A DNA stretch of 64,000 nt from Candidatus Poribacteria bacterium (GTDB taxonomy: Bacteria; Poribacteria; WGA-4E; WGA-3G). The first letter of the stretch is position 1; every line of letters begins with the position of its first letter. The notes beneath the pieces were generated by a model that did no database searches, was not told the origin of the DNA, and saw nothing but the letters and a program-made list of their open reading frames with translations. A program made the position numbers and the translations under genes. The DNA is taken from the NCBI GenBank assembly GCA_965197475.1, contig CBDANF010000002.1, positions 224,001 through 288,000 on the forward strand, given 5' to 3'. Of this stretch, positions 1-10,500 are shown piece after piece.

Positions 1-2
1 GC

Positions 3-824
3 GATCGACACATCCTTCTATTTTTCAGTCACATGAGTGGTGGGCAATATCTGCTCGGTGATTACGACACGGCACGTGATAAGTTCGTTGTGACAGCAGG
101 TGCAAAGAATAACTTCAGAGCAGCGTCTCCCGCTGGTGTTCATGCGCCGTCTGCGGTTCCTGATGGTGAGGGTGGTGTCATCGTAATCTACAACATGAAC
201 CCCGCAAAACCGACTAAGGGTTGGAACCAGATTATGACGTTGCCGCGTCGCCTGACGCTTCTCTCAAAAGATGATCTCGGTGTTGAACCTGCTGGCGATA
301 TTGAATCTTTGCGGTCCGACCATCAGCATGTTAATGCGACAACACTTCCTGCAAATGAGGAAGTTGTGTTAGAAAACATAAATGGCAACGCTATGGAGCT
401 TGCGCTTGAAATTGACACAAAAGGTTCACCCATGGTTGAACTGAACGTCTTGCGTTCACCACAGAAAGAGGAATTTACCCGTATCGCGTTCTTCAGAGAA
501 CGCGGCATGCGTAACCTCAATTCAGGCAGAAATGTTCGCGATAGCTTGCTAACAATTGATTCCTCTTATTCGTCAATTGCACCAGATGTGCGTTCGCGTG
601 CCCCCGAAACTGGTACGCTTTCAATTACCGGAGACGAAACGCTCAAATTGCGTGTGTTTGTTGATAAGAGTGTCGTGGAAGTATTCGCTAATGGACGACA
701 ATGTGTTGCTATGCGGGTTTATCCTGACAGAGAAGATAGTGTCGGTGTATCTTTGCGTTCGCAAGGGCAAGATAGCGAACTCAAATCGTTGGATGCTTGG
801 CAGATGAAGAATATCTATGCTTAG
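3..824 (+). CDS. Glycoside hydrolase family 32 protein, C-terminal part (5'-truncated by window edge)
   Basis: Frame is open from position 3. GH32-type motifs 'GWNQIMTLPRRLTL' and C-terminal beta-sandwich 'LRVFVDKSVVEVFANGRQCVAMRVYP'. Confidence 0.8.
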   Translation, partial: DRHILLFFSHMSGGQYLLGDYDTARDKFVVTAGAKNNFRAASPAGVHAPSAVPDGEGGVIVIYNMNPAKPTKGWNQIMTLPRRLTLLSKDDLGVEPAGDIESLRSDHQHVNATTLPANEEVVLENINGNAMELALEIDTKGSPMVELNVLRSPQKEEFTRIAFFRERGMRNLNSGRNVRDSLLTIDSSYSSIAPDVRSRAPETGTLSITGDETLKLRVFVDKSVVEVFANGRQCVAMRVYPDREDSVGVSLRSQGQDSELKSLDAWQMKNIYA

Positions 825-830
825 AAAGTT

Positions 831-914
831 ACGGTTCTTCGTATCCTACGTGCTATAAACATCGCGCCTTTACAAGAAGGCTATAGATTCAGTTTGTAGG
901 ATTTGAAGAACCGT
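831..914. repeat. Intergenic inverted repeat (REP/MITE-like)
   Basis: acggttcttcgtatcctac ... gtaggatttgaagaaccgt, imperfect ~19-bp arms with GTAG tetranucleotide. Confidence 0.5.
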
Positions 915-1085
915 GATCTAAAAATCTTGGGTATTTGATATGGCAAATACGGTATAAATAACGGGAAAAATCCTATTTTGCAGTCGGTGGTGAGGCGAAG
1001 ATTATTTCAATGGATGTGTGGCAGAAGGGTTCTATCTGGCAAGAATTAAAATATCGAGAAGGGGAGTAGCAAGACAGAAATTAGA

Positions 1086-2393
1086 ATGGGGAACCTCATG
1101 AAAACTCCACGAATTTATAACAATAATACAAATGGTGTCTTAGTCCGGGTGATGGCAATTTGCCTGATGCTTTGTTTAACCGCTATCTTTACAAGCTGCG
1201 GCATCTTTTATTCTATTCAACACACCGAAACAACACAAGACATCAACATACCTGAACCTTCTCCTCCCCCGGTCTCTGTCCGCAAGACTTTTGATCTGGA
1301 TCCGTTTTACCAGCAATGGATTGATGTGGAAGGATTACCTATTATAGCATCCGCGAAGGTGAATCCTTATGCCGTAAAAGAGGCAGCATGGCTCATCAGA
1401 CAAATGATCGGGCATCGGAAGGATGTGCTGCAGGCATTAGCACAAAATGGTGTGCGTTTTGCTGTTATGGCACACAATGAAATGACAACACAGATTCCTG
1501 AGCATAGTGATCTCCAACCTGACTTTTATTGGGATGTACGTGCACGTGGTTTAGGTCCTACACCTTCAAATCTCGCGACCAGTTGTGGTGAAGAAAATCT
1601 ACTGAATTATCAAGGCGATCCGTATGACACAGAAAATATTTTAATTCATGAATTCAGTCATGCGATCCATCTAATGGGACTGAATACAGTTGATCCAAGT
1701 TTTGATCAACGGCTTGAAGAAACATATAATGCTGCAGTAAACAAAGGGTTGTGGAAAGGCACCTATGCTATTACAAACAGAGAAGAGTACTGGGCAGAAG
1801 GTACACAATCCTGGTTTAATACAAATCGGGTAAATGACTACCAACATAATCATGTCAATACTCAGGAAAAACTAAAAGTATATGATCCAGCACTTGCGGG
1901 GATGCTTTCCGAAATCTACGGTGATTCAGACTGGCGATACTCGCTTGCAAAAACCCGGACCCATCTTTCACATCTGAAAGGATTCAATCCGAAGAATTCT
2001 CCAAAATTTAGCTGGCCTCCGGAGGTAACAGAATGGTCAGTACTACAACAGCAATTGCTGGACCTTGCAAGTGATGGCAATGGTAAATGGGTCCCTTTGA
2101 ATCAGCTTAATCCTAATCAACATCCAAAACCAAGTTCTGTAGATAGTAACGCCGAAACCTTAATCCTTTTTGCGAATGCCACGAAAGAAGTAGTCACTTA
2201 CCACTGGATAGATACAGAGGGTAATGAACATTTCTACGGCAGGGTCGCTCCCAATTCTTTTGCCGGTCAACTCACGTTCGCGGGGCATGTTTGGGTCGTC
2301 AAAGACGAGAAAGAGAAAAACATATCTGTCTTTCGCGCTGAGAAAAAAACGGGTCGGGCTTTTGTGACCACAAGACCTCAGATTAAGCAGTAG
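1086..2393 (+). CDS. Secreted/lipoprotein zinc metallopeptidase with C-terminal VHL beta-domain-like module
   Basis: Hydrophobic N-terminus ending 'IFTSC'; HEFSH zinc motif plus 'EEYWAE' third ligand; C-terminal 'FANATKEVVTYHWIDTEGNEHFYGRVAP...QLTFAGHVWVVKD' fits the VHL beta-domain pattern. Confidence 0.75.
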   Translation: MGNLMKTPRIYNNNTNGVLVRVMAICLMLCLTAIFTSCGIFYSIQHTETTQDINIPEPSPPPVSVRKTFDLDPFYQQWIDVEGLPIIASAKVNPYAVKEAAWLIRQMIGHRKDVLQALAQNGVRFAVMAHNEMTTQIPEHSDLQPDFYWDVRARGLGPTPSNLATSCGEENLLNYQGDPYDTENILIHEFSHAIHLMGLNTVDPSFDQRLEETYNAAVNKGLWKGTYAITNREEYWAEGTQSWFNTNRVNDYQHNHVNTQEKLKVYDPALAGMLSEIYGDSDWRYSLAKTRTHLSHLKGFNPKNSPKFSWPPEVTEWSVLQQQLLDLASDGNGKWVPLNQLNPNQHPKPSSVDSNAETLILFANATKEVVTYHWIDTEGNEHFYGRVAPNSFAGQLTFAGHVWVVKDEKEKNISVFRAEKKTGRAFVTTRPQIKQ

Positions 2394-2414
2394 GTTACGT
2401 AAGGAGTAAGAACC

Positions 2415-3563
2415 ATGAAACGACTTACACTAACATCGTTAGGACAGATCCCTGAAGCCGATATCTCCTTTGGGGACTTGACTGTGTTGGTAGGTGAACA
2501 AGCGAGTGGAAAGAGCATTCTACTCCAACTTGTAAAGTTAATTTTAGACGTAGGCGATATTACGCAAACTCTCAAAAAACACGGTTTTGATTGGCACGAG
2601 AAATCTGAGGATTTTTTATCCCTCTATTTCGGTGAAGGGATGGAAGGGATTTGGGACAATACCACGACGAAAATCACCGTTGACGACGTGGACTTTGATC
2701 TTGACAAAGAATTATCCAGAAAAGGTAGAAAAAAATCGGAGAGACTCTTCCTGATTCCTGCACACCGAGTAATGACACTCAAGGATGGATGGCCACGTGC
2801 TTTTACGGATTACGCTCTTGGTGACCCTTACGTTGTTAAGCAATTTAGTGAACACCTGCGTCTATTACTAGAAACGGGTTTGGGTTCTGGTAAAGGTGAC
2901 ATCTTTCCGCAGGCAGGCCGTATGAATAAAGCGATACGCGACACAATTGGGGAGCGTATTTTTGGCGGAGCTAAAGTTCAACTGGATCGTTCAGGTTTGC
3001 GTAAACGAATTGTCTTAGAGGTTGAAGGTAGTCATCTACCGTTTATGGTTTGGTCAACTGGTCAGCGGGAATTCGTGCCTCTGTTGATGGGACTGTACAG
3101 GTTAATGCCTGCGGGAGGCACGCGAAAGAAAAATAACCTCAATTGGGTTGTTATTGAAGAACCGGAAATGGGCTTACATCCTCAATCCATTTCAGCACTG
3201 CTCACTGTTATTTTTGAGTTAATGCGGCGCGATTACAAAGTAATTGTTTCTACTCATTCGTCGCAAGTTCCTGAGCTAATATGGGCGGCACAATTACTTG
3301 TCAAATGGAATGTTGATTCAACAACCCTATTAAAATTATTGGATTTGAATACCACTTCCTTTTCCACGGAGTTAGCAGAAACAGTATTTTGGAAAAAAAC
3401 TTTCAAGACCTATTATTTGTCTCCACATAACGAGGTTAAAGACATTTCAACATTAGATGCTGAAGATCCGGACGAAGCAGTTTCAGATTGGGGTGGACTC
3501 ACGATATTCAGCACAAAGGTCGCTGATGTCATTTCTGAAGCTATGTGGAGAGCAAACCTATGA
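2415..3563 (+). CDS. ABC-fold ATPase of AAA_15/AAA_21 (AbiEii/OLD-like) type
   Basis: Walker A GEQASGKS, signature STGQ, Walker B VVIEEPE, H-loop STHS; no TM segments; RBS AAGGAG. Confidence 0.8.
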   Translation: MKRLTLTSLGQIPEADISFGDLTVLVGEQASGKSILLQLVKLILDVGDITQTLKKHGFDWHEKSEDFLSLYFGEGMEGIWDNTTTKITVDDVDFDLDKELSRKGRKKSERLFLIPAHRVMTLKDGWPRAFTDYALGDPYVVKQFSEHLRLLLETGLGSGKGDIFPQAGRMNKAIRDTIGERIFGGAKVQLDRSGLRKRIVLEVEGSHLPFMVWSTGQREFVPLLMGLYRLMPAGGTRKKNNLNWVVIEEPEMGLHPQSISALLTVIFELMRRDYKVIVSTHSSQVPELIWAAQLLVKWNVDSTTLLKLLDLNTTSFSTELAETVFWKKTFKTYYLSPHNEVKDISTLDAEDPDEAVSDWGGLTIFSTKVADVISEAMWRANL

Positions 3564-4018
3564 GTTTTGTTGATGCAGTTAGGCACACTCTCGAAATTGC
3601 CGAATGCCTAAAAGCAGGGCTGCAGGCACTGGGTTCTAATCGTCATAAAGTCAAAGCAGATGCAACGCGCAGCATAACAGGAAGCGTTGATTTAGACGAA
3701 TGTCTTGCGCAACGTTATCCAAATGCGACTCGTTGGGACTATGTATTCGGTTATAAAGATCGGCTTTACTATGTTGAAGTTCATCAAGGGCGCGCAAGTG
3801 AAATAGAAAACGTCATAGCAAAATTAGATTGGTTAAGACAATGGCGCAAACAGGCAGCAACAAACCTTGAAAATTTGAAGGATCGGAGCACCTATCACTG
3901 GATTTCCACCGGAAAAATTGAATCAGCATTCGCTAAAAATAATAGATATCGTAGAATCTTGCGTCAAAAGAGTATCTTTGGACCAGATCGTATGTTGAAC
4001 GTTGATTCTGTTCCGTAA
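3560..4018 (+). CDS. Hypothetical protein, possible PD-(D/E)xK-like nuclease, translationally coupled to the ATPase
   Basis: ATGA overlap with the ATPase stop at 3560-3563; 'RWDYVFGY...YYVEVH' D...ExH spacing. Confidence 0.55.
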   Translation: MSFVDAVRHTLEIAECLKAGLQALGSNRHKVKADATRSITGSVDLDECLAQRYPNATRWDYVFGYKDRLYYVEVHQGRASEIENVIAKLDWLRQWRKQAATNLENLKDRSTYHWISTGKIESAFAKNNRYRRILRQKSIFGPDRMLNVDSVP

Positions 4019-4069
4019 TTATATTGCTGCCTGTTTAGACATAACCTTAAAAGATGTGGAAAAAGACAG

Positions 4070-4702
4070 ATGAGTGAATTGATCGAAAAAGTCACTGCAT
4101 TTATTACGCAAGAACGCAATGGGGTGAAGGCGTTACTTGTATTCAAACATCCCACTGCTGGTATCCAAATTCCAGCGGGGACAGTTGAAGTCGGTGAAGA
4201 TATTGAAACTGCTGTCCAGAGAGAGGCACATGAAGAAACAGGACTGCAAAATGTAAAGATTGAAAAATATCTCGGCTGTTTTGAAAATGAGTTAGGAGAG
4301 CAAGAGCGGATAATAACAGAAACAACGAAAGTTTATATCAAACCCGATTTAAACGCGATTCCGTATAAAGATAAACTAACCAGAGGACTCACTGTGGCGT
4401 ATCATTCAACCCATAAAGATTTCACTCACGTTTCATATTTTGAATACGATAAATTTCCCGATCCCTCGTATATTGCCTATAATATATCGGGATGGATGCC
4501 GAACAAAAACTTGAGCAAACAGAAAACACGACATTTCTTTCTGTTGAGTACTTCAGAAAAAACAGAGGATATGTGGGAATTGGAAAGCGATAGAGGTCAT
4601 ATTTTTCAGCCTTTTTGGACACCACTTGCACCGAAACCCGATATTGTGTTGCCGCAAAATAGATGGTTGGATTTTGTCTATGAGAAAATACTTGTTGAAT
4701 AA
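4070..4702 (+). CDS. NUDIX hydrolase
   Basis: Nudix box GTVEVGEDIETAVQREAHEETGL. Confidence 0.85.
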   Translation: MSELIEKVTAFITQERNGVKALLVFKHPTAGIQIPAGTVEVGEDIETAVQREAHEETGLQNVKIEKYLGCFENELGEQERIITETTKVYIKPDLNAIPYKDKLTRGLTVAYHSTHKDFTHVSYFEYDKFPDPSYIAYNISGWMPNKNLSKQKTRHFFLLSTSEKTEDMWELESDRGHIFQPFWTPLAPKPDIVLPQNRWLDFVYEKILVE

Positions 4703-5201
4703 TTATAGTAACAACATATCAGGAAAATAAGCAACAATAATCAATTTCAAAGATGAACACTGCCGCCGCATCGTACAGCACAGTTTCATTGAGTTGGCGG
4801 AAGCGGAGTTAATCAAGCGACGAGACGAACCGATTCTTTGGTACCAACGTTATGGACAGCAATCGCTCTACGCTAACCCGATGATGATTATCACGACCAG
4901 TGAGATAGAGAGATCTCGCCTTGCACCCATCACCGATTGAGTATCCATGAATGTTCAATTAGCAGATACCTCTCTCAGCAAGCATCGCTCTCGGAAAGCT
5001 GTCATGCTGAAAGCATAAAATATCCAGCCACCACTGAATTCGTCCAGATTTTTTGTTTAGAAAATTGAAACTGTGATAGAATGACGAACAATGGTAAGAG
5101 CGAGTCAGTGGTATGTCCACACATTGCATGTTTAACCCCTATATGTCGTCACGAATTCTCAATTCACAACCTTCTTACACAATAAAAGGAGATCATGACA
5201 G

Positions 5202-5966
5202 ATGAAGATCGTAATAGCGAATTTAATTCTTGGTTGTGCCAGTTTAATAGTCCTTAGCCTGATATTCGTTGGCATCAGCAATGCCGAACTTGATCTGAAA
5301 ACCGTTGTCGGAATGTGGCACTTTGATGATAATAAGGGGAATACGGCGGAGGATTCCTCTGAAAATGGCAATGACGGAAAACTTGTGAACAGTCCAAAAT
5401 GGGCAGAGAACGGTAAGTTCGGATCCGCACTGGAATTTGATGGAAATGAAAGTAAAGGCCAGGTGGCTGTTGGGGATTTGGGTTTATCTGGAACGATCAC
5501 ATTAATTTTGTGGGCGAATCCAAACGACGCGGTTAATGATGATCGGCTAATATCGAATACCAGTGGACCGACAAATCCAGCCTTCGCAACCCGGTTCCAA
5601 AATGGCGGAGTTGAAATCTGGGGTGCCGCCTGGAAACCCGTCATCCCAAAATTTGATAATAATAAATGGGGACACTATGTCTTCGTATTTGATGGTGCTG
5701 GAAATGTGACAGGCTATTACAATGGTAAAAAAGAGGACACAGTTTCCGATCCTTATGTTTTTACGGAGATCGGTATTGGCGCGAATTTTTTAGATCAATG
5801 GGGACAATATTTTTCAGGTCTCTTTGATGAGGTCGCGTTTTTCAATGTTGCTTTGACTGAGGTTGACATTAAAGTCCTCATGACAAAAGGGCTCAAATCC
5901 GCGTTGTCGGTTTACCCCGCAAGCAAATTAACTACAACATGGGAAAATATAAAAGCCACCCTGTAG
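5202..5966 (+). CDS. Secreted LamG-like (concanavalin A jellyroll) protein with conserved C-terminal motif
   Basis: Signal peptide; 'WHFDDNKGNTAEDSSENGNDG', 'GKFGSALEFDG', 'FSGLFDEVAFFNVALT'; C-terminus SVYPASKLTTTWENIK. Confidence 0.85.
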   Translation: MKIVIANLILGCASLIVLSLIFVGISNAELDLKTVVGMWHFDDNKGNTAEDSSENGNDGKLVNSPKWAENGKFGSALEFDGNESKGQVAVGDLGLSGTITLILWANPNDAVNDDRLISNTSGPTNPAFATRFQNGGVEIWGAAWKPVIPKFDNNKWGHYVFVFDGAGNVTGYYNGKKEDTVSDPYVFTEIGIGANFLDQWGQYFSGLFDEVAFFNVALTEVDIKVLMTKGLKSALSVYPASKLTTTWENIKATL

Positions 5967-6016
5967 GGATCAAGTTAAGTACAAAGCATGTCCTCATCAG
6001 CATTTTCGATTAGGAA

Positions 6017-6250
6017 TTGAATGGCATCGCTTCATCAAGTTATGATGCCATGCTGCTTTTGGCAAACGCGATTGAACAGGCCCAATCAACGGATCCTGTT
6101 GCGGCTCGCGATGCGTTGGCCGCAACAAAAGACTTTCAGGGTTCAACCTATATTTCTCATTACGATGAGAGCCAGCATCCCGACAAAAATCTGGCAATCC
6201 TGACGGTTGGCGATGGGAAATCCCAAACCTATAAAATCGTTGAGCCGTAA
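6017..6250 (+). pseudogene. C-terminal remnant of branched-chain amino acid ABC substrate-binding protein
   Basis: 'YDAMLLLANAIEQAQSTDPVAARDALAATKDFQG' matches the C-terminal end of LivJ/K-type binding proteins; only 77 aa, no N-terminal part. Confidence 0.65.
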
Positions 6251-6334
6251 TTCTCTGGTAGAGCTGTGCAAAGGAAGGGTTTAACGCCTTAAGCCTTCAC
6301 AGCTTCCTGACACACTTTCTTGGAGGAGATAAAG

Positions 6335-7435
6335 ATGTCAACTTATCGTGCAGGCGTAATCGGTTTAGGACGGATGGGGAGTACTTTTGATGACGAGATC
6401 ACGCAGGGAGGATCACTTTTTCTTCCTTATTGTCATGCTCCAAGTTATCAGGCTTCACCAAAAGTGGAATTGGTCGCGGGTGCGGATCTACATGCTGAAC
6501 AAGCCTCAATTTTTGGCAAACGTTGGGGATTAGGGTCAAAACATATCTATGGCGATTATCGTGAAATGTTAGAGAAGGAAAATCTTGATCTTGTAAGTAT
6601 TTGCACGACAGCACGGGTACGTGCGACTATTGTGCAAGATGTGGCGCGTGCGGGTGCAAAAGGGATATGGGCAGAAAAACCGATTTCGCTCAGTCTCGCC
6701 GAAGCAGATACGATGGTGGATGTCTGCCGAGAAAACGGTGTCGTAATGGCAATAAATTGTGCAAGACGGTGGAATCCTTTCTTTAGCGAGGCAAGAAAAC
6801 TTATTGACGAGGGTGAAATTGGTAATGTGCTGCAGGTAACTGTGTATGCACAGTGCGGTCTCTCGCATAACGGCAGCCATGCCATTGATATTCTACGTTA
6901 TATGGCAGGTGGAAATGTAGAATGGGTTTTCGGTGAGATGCAGTCCGATGAAGCCGCTGCAGGTGAAAACGACTTGATGGGAAACGGCTACATGGTATTT
7001 GATAACGGTGTGCGTGCATATCTCCGAAGCACAGCGTGTGGCGCAGCACCTTGGGAGGTGGATGTCATCGGCACAAGCGGACGTATCCGATCAATCAACA
7101 ATGCCGAGACGTTTGAACTGATTCGTATGGTTCCCGGTGGACGACGTGGACGCGGCGTTCCTGCTACGTGTCCGTTCCCGTGGCCCGTGCGGATGCAAGG
7201 CATGGGATTGACCATTGTTGACGACATCATCAACGCTATTGAAAACGGAGGTTCGCCTAAATGTTCAGGTGAAGATGGTCGTGCTGCGCTTGAGGTTGCC
7301 ATTGCACTTCGAGAATCGCATCGCCGTGGTGGTGTAAAAGTGGACTTGCCGATTGAAGATCGAAGTCTGCGTATTCTTTCGTCTGAGATTCGGGGTGATG
7401 ATACACCTGCACGGGTTAGACGGATGCGGAGTTGA
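6335..7435 (+). CDS. Gfo/Idh/MocA family oxidoreductase
   Basis: GVIGLGRMG Rossmann motif and 'AEKP' motif; GGAGG RBS before ATG at 6335. Confidence 0.9.
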   Translation: MSTYRAGVIGLGRMGSTFDDEITQGGSLFLPYCHAPSYQASPKVELVAGADLHAEQASIFGKRWGLGSKHIYGDYREMLEKENLDLVSICTTARVRATIVQDVARAGAKGIWAEKPISLSLAEADTMVDVCRENGVVMAINCARRWNPFFSEARKLIDEGEIGNVLQVTVYAQCGLSHNGSHAIDILRYMAGGNVEWVFGEMQSDEAAAGENDLMGNGYMVFDNGVRAYLRSTACGAAPWEVDVIGTSGRIRSINNAETFELIRMVPGGRRGRGVPATCPFPWPVRMQGMGLTIVDDIINAIENGGSPKCSGEDGRAALEVAIALRESHRRGGVKVDLPIEDRSLRILSSEIRGDDTPARVRRMRS

Positions 7436-7474
7436 AATAACTTATATGTGTATTACACAAAATAAATTTTTAAT

Positions 7475-7503
7475 TTGAAAATATATTGGAAATATGGTAT
7501 ATT
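7475..7503 (+). promoter_or_regulatory. Sigma70-like promoter of the STAND-ATPase pair
   Basis: TTGAAA-17 bp-TATATT with extended TG. Confidence 0.5.
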
Positions 7504-7558
7504 TACAGTAAGTTTTACTTTTCGCACTAAACTTTAAAGTGTCAAAAATAGAGTAGTT

Positions 7559-10500
7559 ATGCGTATACAATTAATTCAACAGAAGGTTCCAATTGGAAGC
7601 CAAATCATACTTACGCTAAAAAATGATGAGGAAGTCTCAGGACTTCTTACGGAAATCGGGCTTGATTATATAACTCTGGAAATAGCAAATCGTCAAAAAA
7701 CAATTTTGGCGGACGCAATCTTAATGTTTGACGTACAAGGAGAGGACAGTGAAGTTGAAGCAACTAATTCAACAGATGTTAATACAGTATCAACCGATTC
7801 GGTTCCAGAGCAGGTTGAAACACCTGACTCAACAGATGCTAACACAGAAGCAATAGACCCGGTTGAAGCATCAGAGTCTTCAGACGTTAAAACAGAGCCA
7901 ACAGAACCAGTTCCAGAGCAGGTTGAAGCCCCTGACTCAACAGATGCTAACACAGAATCAATAGACCCGGTTCCAGAGCAGGTTGAAGCATCGGAGTCTT
8001 CAGACGTTAAAACAGAGCCAACAGAACCAGTTCCAGAGCAGGTTGGAGCCTCGGAGTCTTCAGATGCTAAAACAGAAACATCTGACTCAGTTCCAGACCA
8101 AGTTGAAGCATTTAATCCAACAGATGCTGATACGGAATCAACAGATCTCGTTAATCCTGAAGAACAGGCTTCTGAAAAACTAACTGAAATCGTGACCCGA
8201 TATAATACTGAAATCAATATCTCCTCAATTGAATTGGAAGTGCCAGATTTTACCTTTCCCGCAAAAGAGTTGACAAGTTGGCAAAATACAGATATTGCTG
8301 GCAAGTGGTTACAAATCAAGAATAAGTATGAGAACGCTCAAAAAATCAATGAATTAAGTACTAAATTTGGTAGAATTCAACCACTTCTAATGGAAGTTAA
8401 ATCTTTAGTTCGGCGTTTCCCAAATTCTCCATCGCTAAAACGTGTTACTGCCTATTTTTACGCTGTATCAGATGATTGGCAGGAGGCTATCCAGATTTAT
8501 AAAGAGGTGGCGATTACTTCTGAGGACGCGAACGATTGGTTTAATGTTGCAGTATCAGCGTTGCAGCTGAATAAAAAAGAACTCGCTTGTTATAGTTTGG
8601 AAAAATACTTCAATGGCATTTCTGTAATTGATAAGTTAAATGCGTGGTATATCTATGTCAATCTCGTAGGGAAATTTAACAACCTTTCTGCCTTCCGTGA
8701 ATTGTGTAAAAAAGGCGAAAATGATGTTGCTGAAAATGAAATTGAAGTTTTATTGGATGCGGCTATATATCTCTTTAAGAGGAAGGTTACCACAGAATTA
8801 GCGGTAGAAATTGTACAAAAACGAATCAAAGGCGAACCCATTGCATCTCTGCTTATAGAAGTCTCTCAAAAACTTGGTGGTCAGTCCACTGAGTCCTACA
8901 AGCGATTCTTGTCAGAGTTCATGAACGATATGATTGCTTCGGAGAAAACAATACATCCGATTTCTCCTGAATATCCTGAACGCATTGATACCGTAAAAAA
9001 GAGCCTTCATCATATACCATCACAAAAACATGACTTAGAAACTCAAGAGGAAGACCCTTATACGATCGCAAAGCGTGCTGATTTAGTGGAAAAAGACCTT
9101 GAGAAAGCGGAACAGTATTATCGAGCGTGCATTAGCCAAAATATCAAGCATGACAGTGCAATTAAGGATTTGGCAATGGTTCTTGTTCGGTTAGGGCAAC
9201 CAGAGGAAGCAGTAGATTTACTCGAAAAAAATAGAGAAAAAGTTATAGATGAACAGTCTATAGATAACGTTTTAATTTCTGTGTACCCTGCTGCGGCTCA
9301 ATATGATAAAGCAATTAACCTGCTTAACAATGCTCTCAAGCAAACCCATGATCAGGAACGTAGACTGCAAATTCGCATGCAAATCGCTAGTGCTTATATT
9401 AAGCTAGAAGATTATGTAAGTGCTGAAAAGCAATTCCATCTTGTTCAGAAACTACGCCCACAAAATATTACTGTACAAAGGAATCTTGCCTTTTGTCTCT
9501 CAAAACAGAATCGCTATGATGAAGCAAAGCAGATTTTAGATATAATTCAGAGTACGTCCCCTGACGCGAAAACTACGGAGTTATTAGAAGCAATTGAAAG
9601 GGCAAAGAGGACAGGCGAATTTATACTTGATGAGGACGCAATCATTGAGGTTGAAACTGTCCTTTCATATTTGTCAGGTGAATTAAGTGACTTCGCACAT
9701 TTTTTCCTAGATCGGTGTGCATTTGATGGTGTCTCACCTGAACGGGTTAACGAGGGGAAATACACGGGTTCTGAAAAAGATTTTCGGTATGATATGGAAA
9801 GGCTTGAAGATATTGCCAAGCAACTAGGGACCAAGCGACCTCGTGATAGAAGTCATTATTATCTCTCGGCTGCTAGAATCTACTTTGATCTGGGTGGTAA
9901 TCAGAATGTTTTCTATCGTTACCTCTGCCGAAGTTTTGCTTCAAGAGGTGATGCTGCGGTGAGTGAAAATAAACACTTGGATACTGTTAGAGAATGGTAT
10001 TGTGAGGCATTAACTGCTTATGATGGCGACAAAACACGACGTAAAAGGGATGAGCAGGATGCAGTTAATTCACTCGTTAGATATCTATATTCAACATTGG
10101 GGAATGCACATATTGATTTAACTCCGAACACCCGCACTTTCAATGAAGTAGTGAGAAACGTTATTAATAATCATCCAGACAAGAAAAAAGTTTTTGATTT
10201 TATTGCGTATCTTATTTTACACAGTCGGTTTGCTGCTGACAGGCTTTTGAACCGTCTATACGATAATGATACTCTAAGAACAATTGCAGTAGATTATTTA
10301 AAAGAAATGGATATACTGGTACCTGATGTGATGGATCGGCTCGTGGATTTTGTCCATCCTTGGAATGAATTACGAAATGGGAAATTCAACGAAGCTCATA
10401 ACATATCAGACAAATTGCGATTATTGAACAATTTTGATCTGACACCGTCATGGTTAGAAGACAACATTAGATTCACAAAAGACATTCGGACAAGTTTGTT

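Noticed and set aside
7752-8157. 60-bp periodic repeats as a CRISPR array
   Set aside because: The units are in-frame coding repeats with no unique spacers, and no cas genes are present.
7693-8319. 208-aa antisense ORF and other short overlapping ORFs in the track
   Set aside because: They are shadow frames of repeats or of strong genes on the other strand and have no motifs.
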